The notes under the pieces were generated by a model. It saw only the letters and a program-made list of their open reading frames with translations. It did not search any database and had not been told where the DNA came from. A program made the position numbers and the translations under genes. A stretch of DNA of 64,000 nucleotides from Eutreptiella sp. 'Long Island Sound 2002' (lineage: Eukaryota; Protista; Euglenida). The DNA is taken from assembly GCA_964036045.1 (NCBI GenBank), contig OZ038378.1:150846001-150910000 (forward strand). Reading direction: 5' to 3'. Shown here piece by piece: positions 59,301 to 64,000 of the stretch. The number at the start of each line of letters is the position of its first letter. The stretch's first letter is position 1.

Positions 59301-60500
59301 CTGGTGGTGCAATGTGTCAGGCCCGGTTTCTCATGTGGACATTTGGGAACAGACTTTGGTTTTGTGTGTGCACTTTGTGGGCGAGGTGTGCTGGCTAAAG
59401 GTGGCGGCGCATTCTGGGGTTCCGGGTAATTAGGAGGCCGACACCCTCGCTAACGAGGGTCGGCTGGACAGCCCATTGTACCTGCTACCGGCAGCTACCG
59501 GTGGGACGTTTGTGTACCTTGATTGTGAAGACAAGTCAGCCCAGCTTCAAGATATGATGGAAGGCTTGTCTTTTGTGGAGCAGGCCCCGTGCCTCGATAC
59601 GGTGGAGGGTTGTCTAAATTTCGCTTCCAACTCAGATGGTGAGCCCCATGATGGGGAGGGAATGGGGGAGAGGCCCTGCACCCCCCCTCCGTTGTACCCT
59701 CGCGATTTTTGGTCCCCGGTGTCGGTGTCCCCAGGCGCCACATCCCTACCACGTTTGGCGAGTCTGTCCCTGAACTTTGAGTTTGGGTTCGACTGAAGGC
59801 TGTCTCCTTTTGTGCCAGCTTGCTTTTCTTTGTGCGGTTGTTTGAGTGGCCCCGGGATAATGGCTAAGCGCCCCCGAGGCTCTCCAGCGGGCTCCGAGGA
59901 GCGCCGCGCGAAGCGCTGGAGGCGAGAACTTAGACAGCTGCAGCAGTTCACGTTTGCTGAGGTGAAGCACATGTGCCAAGACGGCCACAGGACATGGACG
60001 GTCAAGCCGGAGATCCTAGCGGCGAAGCGCTTTGCGACGGTCACCTAGCTTGTCCGGGAGTGCGTGGACGCCTGGTAGCGCCACGCTGGACGGCAGGTGC
60101 AATCCCATGACGAGGGTGCAGCACACGCGATGGAGCGGGTGGTCCTTGTGCCGGGGCGCGACAGAGCGGCCAGGGGCATTAGGGTGTCGATCACCACGCA
60201 GAAGCCGAAACGAGGATCCGACCGGGGCATGAGGCTCTGGTTGCAGCGGAGGCCGGAGATGGTGGCTGTCTTTGGAACGGTGGTGTCAGAATGCGCTGCT
60301 GTAGACGAGGACGGAATGCCTCCGGTTTCGGTTTGGGTATCTGGTGCAGTGCACTGGCGACTTTGCGATGGCCACAGTGCCGGCCGTATTCCGGTGCGAC
60401 CTGGCTGACTTTCCACGTGATGTCAGAGCAGCGGCTGGTCAGTAGTGGGGGCCCAGGGGGTGTGAGGACCCTCCCGGCCGGCAGCAAATGCCTTGGATGA
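56400..60500 (+). mobile_element. 5'-truncated LINE: RT, zf-RVT, RNase H and a further 3' ORF remnant
   Basis: SPGLDG, RPICLQN, VDFGKAYDSV, DPLSQALF, RLYADD; CPLCGSVETHDHAISAC; VYLNGSS..TNIRAEL..KVAAHSGVPGN*EADTLA; frameshifted. Confidence 0.85.
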
Positions 60501-60721
60501 GGGCCACTCCCATCGTGGCCCCTGTCTTACCCTGTCTTTACTTTTTGTGTGGACGCACAGCGGGCATGTTGGTCTTCGCGGGTGAATCTCTTTTCCCCCC
60601 TCTTCAATTGAACCCGTTAGCGGGGCGCTGCCTTGCTTTGTTTTCCCAGACTCTCCTATCCGTGGGGACTGTTTCACCCTCTCTGCTGTACATAGCTGAC
60701 CTTGATTGTTTTCATGTCGGT

Positions 60722-63700
60722 AAGGACCTGAGCTGATGCGGGGCCGAATGAGTGCCATCGTGACCTTCGTGTGAACGCACCGTGTGGGCTGTATTCAGGG
60801 GTAGGTGTTGCATGCAGTGTGGTGGGGTGTGTTTTGCGGCCAAGTGCATAGGAATGGAGCACCTTCGGCGGGCTTAGGGAACGGGTTCGAGCGCTGGCGG
60901 TTTGCCTAACATAATGGCGCTTGTGTCGTTGGTGACAGGTGACGTGTGACAGGTTGTTGCCCTTCCCTCATGGGCATGGACACTGGCTGTTGTACACATA
61001 TTCCGGGCGATTGTATGATACTGCAAGACTGCTTTGCACTTGGATGGATGCAATGGCTTTGATGGCTGTGGGCGGGGTCATCCAGCGGCTCAGTTTCCAA
61101 CCCTTGTGAGTCAAATGTGGCGCCGCATAAAGAGATGGGACGAGCATATGAATAGAGCGGAGGCACTGGTTGGTAAATTTTTAGTTCAGAGACGCAGGAG
61201 ACTGCGGATGTTTAAGGGTTTTGGAAAGACCCCGTCCCTCCCGCGCGTGTTTGCAATGCATGGACCCGCGACCGCATGCATGCTTTTGCTTGAGGCGGCC
61301 ACACCGCAGAATGCATGCCAGCTGGAGAATGGGTGGGAGAAAGCGCTTGCCCCTCCTACTAACCAAGTAGCACCAAGAATGGATTTCGCTATTATTTTGT
61401 GGGAGACAATATCCAATAAGACCATCAATCCAAGGAAGTTCAGGGACACAGCCTCAAGAGTGAATAGTGTACTTACTGCGCAGCACCATGTTTGTTCTGC
61501 CCACAATGTGTGTCATCTAGTGATGGTCTCAAAGGGCTACCCGGATGAAAGAGGAACACTCAGAAGGCTAGCAATACCCTTACCTCCATTGTGTGACCCA
61601 GCGAAGCAGGCAGTACATCTGTTCCTTTCTGGTGTGGTGCTCAGGGTTGCTCAAGGGTGCCTTAGCATGTTAGGCGTCTGCTGGGGTCGGTGGTTATGTG
61701 GGCCCCTGCGGCAGCGGTTAAAGTGGGGGATATCTTTACGGGTGGCCCTAAGCCGCGGTCCCCAGTACGGGTCGTGCAAGCCCTGAGACAGAGAGCTGCT
61801 CGTCATTTGGGAGGGTAAAGCTAAACCAGTAGGCTATAGGGTGCTCCGCTGGCATGAGAATGGTCGAGCTGGTCTTACATCGGAAGTGATGGCGAGAGTA
61901 CTCTCGGAGCGATGTGACTGCAGATCGCTGATGACGGCCGCCCCAGAGCTGTAGAATGAATGTGGGTCTGAGTCGAAGTGGGGGCATATGTCAGACTCCC
62001 CCCCCCACTGAAATTTACGCGCCATGCACTGCAAGCGCTCGTTCCCAGCCCTTACGAGTTGATGAAGGGTATTGAGCACGGGGGGGTGGCCGGGCCCGGT
62101 CCTTGTATGCGACACCCCCCAGCCCCCCCCCCCCCCCGGGTTTTGAGAGATAGTGGGCTGGGGACATGGAGCCAACGGCGCCCCCCTTTTTTCCGCCTGG
62201 CGCCAACGGCGCCCCCTTTTCTAGTGTGAGCGCCAGATTTTGCAAGACGAGGCGCTATACAAATGTCGTTTGTTGCCCAGACATGTTAACTGCAAACGTC
62301 AGCCCGCGGACAAGGGGCCCCTGGCGCGGGATGCTGCCACCCACAATGTGAAATGTGGGGTGTTCCACTTGTTTGTTTGACCCAGAAATGTCAACTGCCT
62401 GGGGAGGGGGGCGGGGGGAGGGGGGCGGGGGGCAACACGGCGACCCTTAAGACTTTCTTCTCGGCAAGGACGAGAAAGCGCTATTATCGCATACATACCT
62501 CCGTACCCCCCAACCCCCAGACACACAACCCCCCAGGAGGTATGCATGTGGTAGTAGTGGGTCGCGCGCAAGCCCCCCCACCTTGGGAACCCCCCCCCCA
62601 GCCGAAATCCCCCCCCCTACAGCCCCCAGCCGACCCCCCCCCCAGATCCACCCCCTGCCCCCCCCCCCCCGAGTTTTGACAGATAGCTGGGGGGTATGTC
62701 GCATCAGGACCGGTTGTAGTCACCCCCCCGTGGTATTGAGGCCACGTCCGCGCGCCTTTCGAGTCTAGCCCTGTGTGAGAACTCTTCGGGGGAGGAGATC
62801 AGAGCAAGTGAGCGTCTTTTGACAGAGGAGCTAACGTAGTTTGGAGACAGAGTGCGACGTATATGTGAGTCACATTTAGGCAGACTCCGTGAGAGAGCGC
62901 CCGACCTTCGGAGCGAGCATGTGCGGGAAATGGCGGCCACAGCCCATGCGAAGAAGCTGGTGGGTGGTTGCTGGGATAAGAGGCTCTAACAAATTTATGG
63001 GGTCTGCGATGTCTTAGTTGAACCGCGTATAATTCAAGGTCTCTTGTTGGGCCCGAGGTTTACCGTTTGGGGGTGGGCACCTACTGAGCGTCACGCGCGA
63101 ATAATGGCTGGATCTTATTATTGAAGGAGCGAGAGTGGCGGGGATTTTAGACATCGCACGCTCGCACGGCATTGATCATGCCCGGCATCGTGCACAACAG
63201 AAGAGCCGCAATGTACCGTGGTTCCGGAGCTTGAAGTGTGACGAGGGGTGTCAGGGTTAGGGCGCCACCGAAGTGATAAAGGGAGGCAAAGGGAAAGGGC
63301 GGCCTGTTGTACGTGGCCTTCGGCGTCTCCATCCCCCATCAGCGCTTTTGAAATAGCGATATAAAGAGCTGGTGATACCCCAGTAATTAAATGGCGTGAT
63401 GCGTTCGCTTTTACCAATGTGGTCGCTCAAAGCGTGGGTAAACTTGTAGGCTGGGCACCGAGGCTGTTGTTGCATGAGATGTATAGGACACTGGCGTCCC
63501 CTGCACTTCCCGTGATCATTGGGGTGAGGGACGTAGTCGGTGCGGTCTCAAAGGCGTGGGGGAGATCCAGTGTACGGCCTGTGGAGGCGCCGTGCATGAA
63601 ATGTTTTGGGAACTGGATAAGGAAGTCTGTCTGACCGCCATCTCACATGCCAAGGATGTAGCTAAAACGACCAGAAAGGAGAAGAGTATCTGGTTGCTCT

Positions 63701-63830
63701 GCACAGAGGAGGTGACAAGATACTTGACGGGATTGGGGCGTCTACTTCAGAGGAATTTCGGATCCTCACGGAGGAGGAGATCCCGATGTACTTTGTATTC
63801 TAGTTTAGACAGAGGATGTCGGTAAGCAGG
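60722..63830 (+). mobile_element. Decayed PLE-2-family copy (Cys-rich upstream piece, GIY-YIG C-half, RT N-part to motif A)
   Basis: 60722-61115 is homologous to 29705-30100; PSLPRVFAMHGP..LENGWEKAL; GCWDKA; HEMFWELDK. Confidence 0.65.
62077..62732. mobile_element. 656-bp MITE with long imperfect TIR (CACGGGGGG...CCGGTCCT..ATGCGACA) and 8-bp TSD GTATTGAG
   Basis: TSD at 62069-62076 and 62733-62740. An 8-bp TSD suggests hAT-type mobilisation. Confidence 0.85.
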
Positions 63831-64000
63831 GTCCGCAACAGTCACAACCATAGCTGTAGTCTGGACTGCATGTTCATGGGTTGTCCGTGTGCAGTGTGTT
63901 TTTCATTTTTACTTGAGCAGACAGGCCCCGTCAGAGGCACCCCGCTACTACGGGTGCCTTTCTCATGACGTGGGAGCGTCACCATCCTCGACGGCTCGCC

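Overview
Eukaryotic, repeat-saturated window with no intact housekeeping gene, rRNA, tRNA or CRISPR. A 24/26 match to the Euglena spliced leader (36439-36464) in front of an LHC-derived ORF indicates a photosynthetic euglenid genome. The window is a stack of nested mobile elements. The main system is a ~6-7 kb DNA transposon, here called TxA, present in three copies: 4197-16484, 5572-11295 (nested in the first, inverted) and 25944-43336. TxA has ~35-bp TIRs starting TGGGATG, 2-bp TSDs and a RAG1/Transib-type DDE transposase (D; DGK..CxxC; H-x4-H-x19-E). It carries two different 2OG-Fe(II) dioxygenase cargo genes: a PhyH-like enzyme with a B-box-like Zn finger, and a TET/JBP-like enzyme with H-x-H in place of H-x-D. 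Each gene is preceded by a GTTATCGCG array and a polypyrimidine-AG acceptor. Other contents: several Penelope-like retroelements with GIY-YIG upstream of RT; RNase H-bearing LINEs; a TSD-flanked SL-mRNA/LINE chimeric retrocopy; a decayed piggyBac transposase in a multi-ORF region with its own motif arrays; and five MITE-type inserts with readable TIRs/TSDs. Most coding sequences are pseudogenised. All domain calls come from by-eye motif reading, not database searches.
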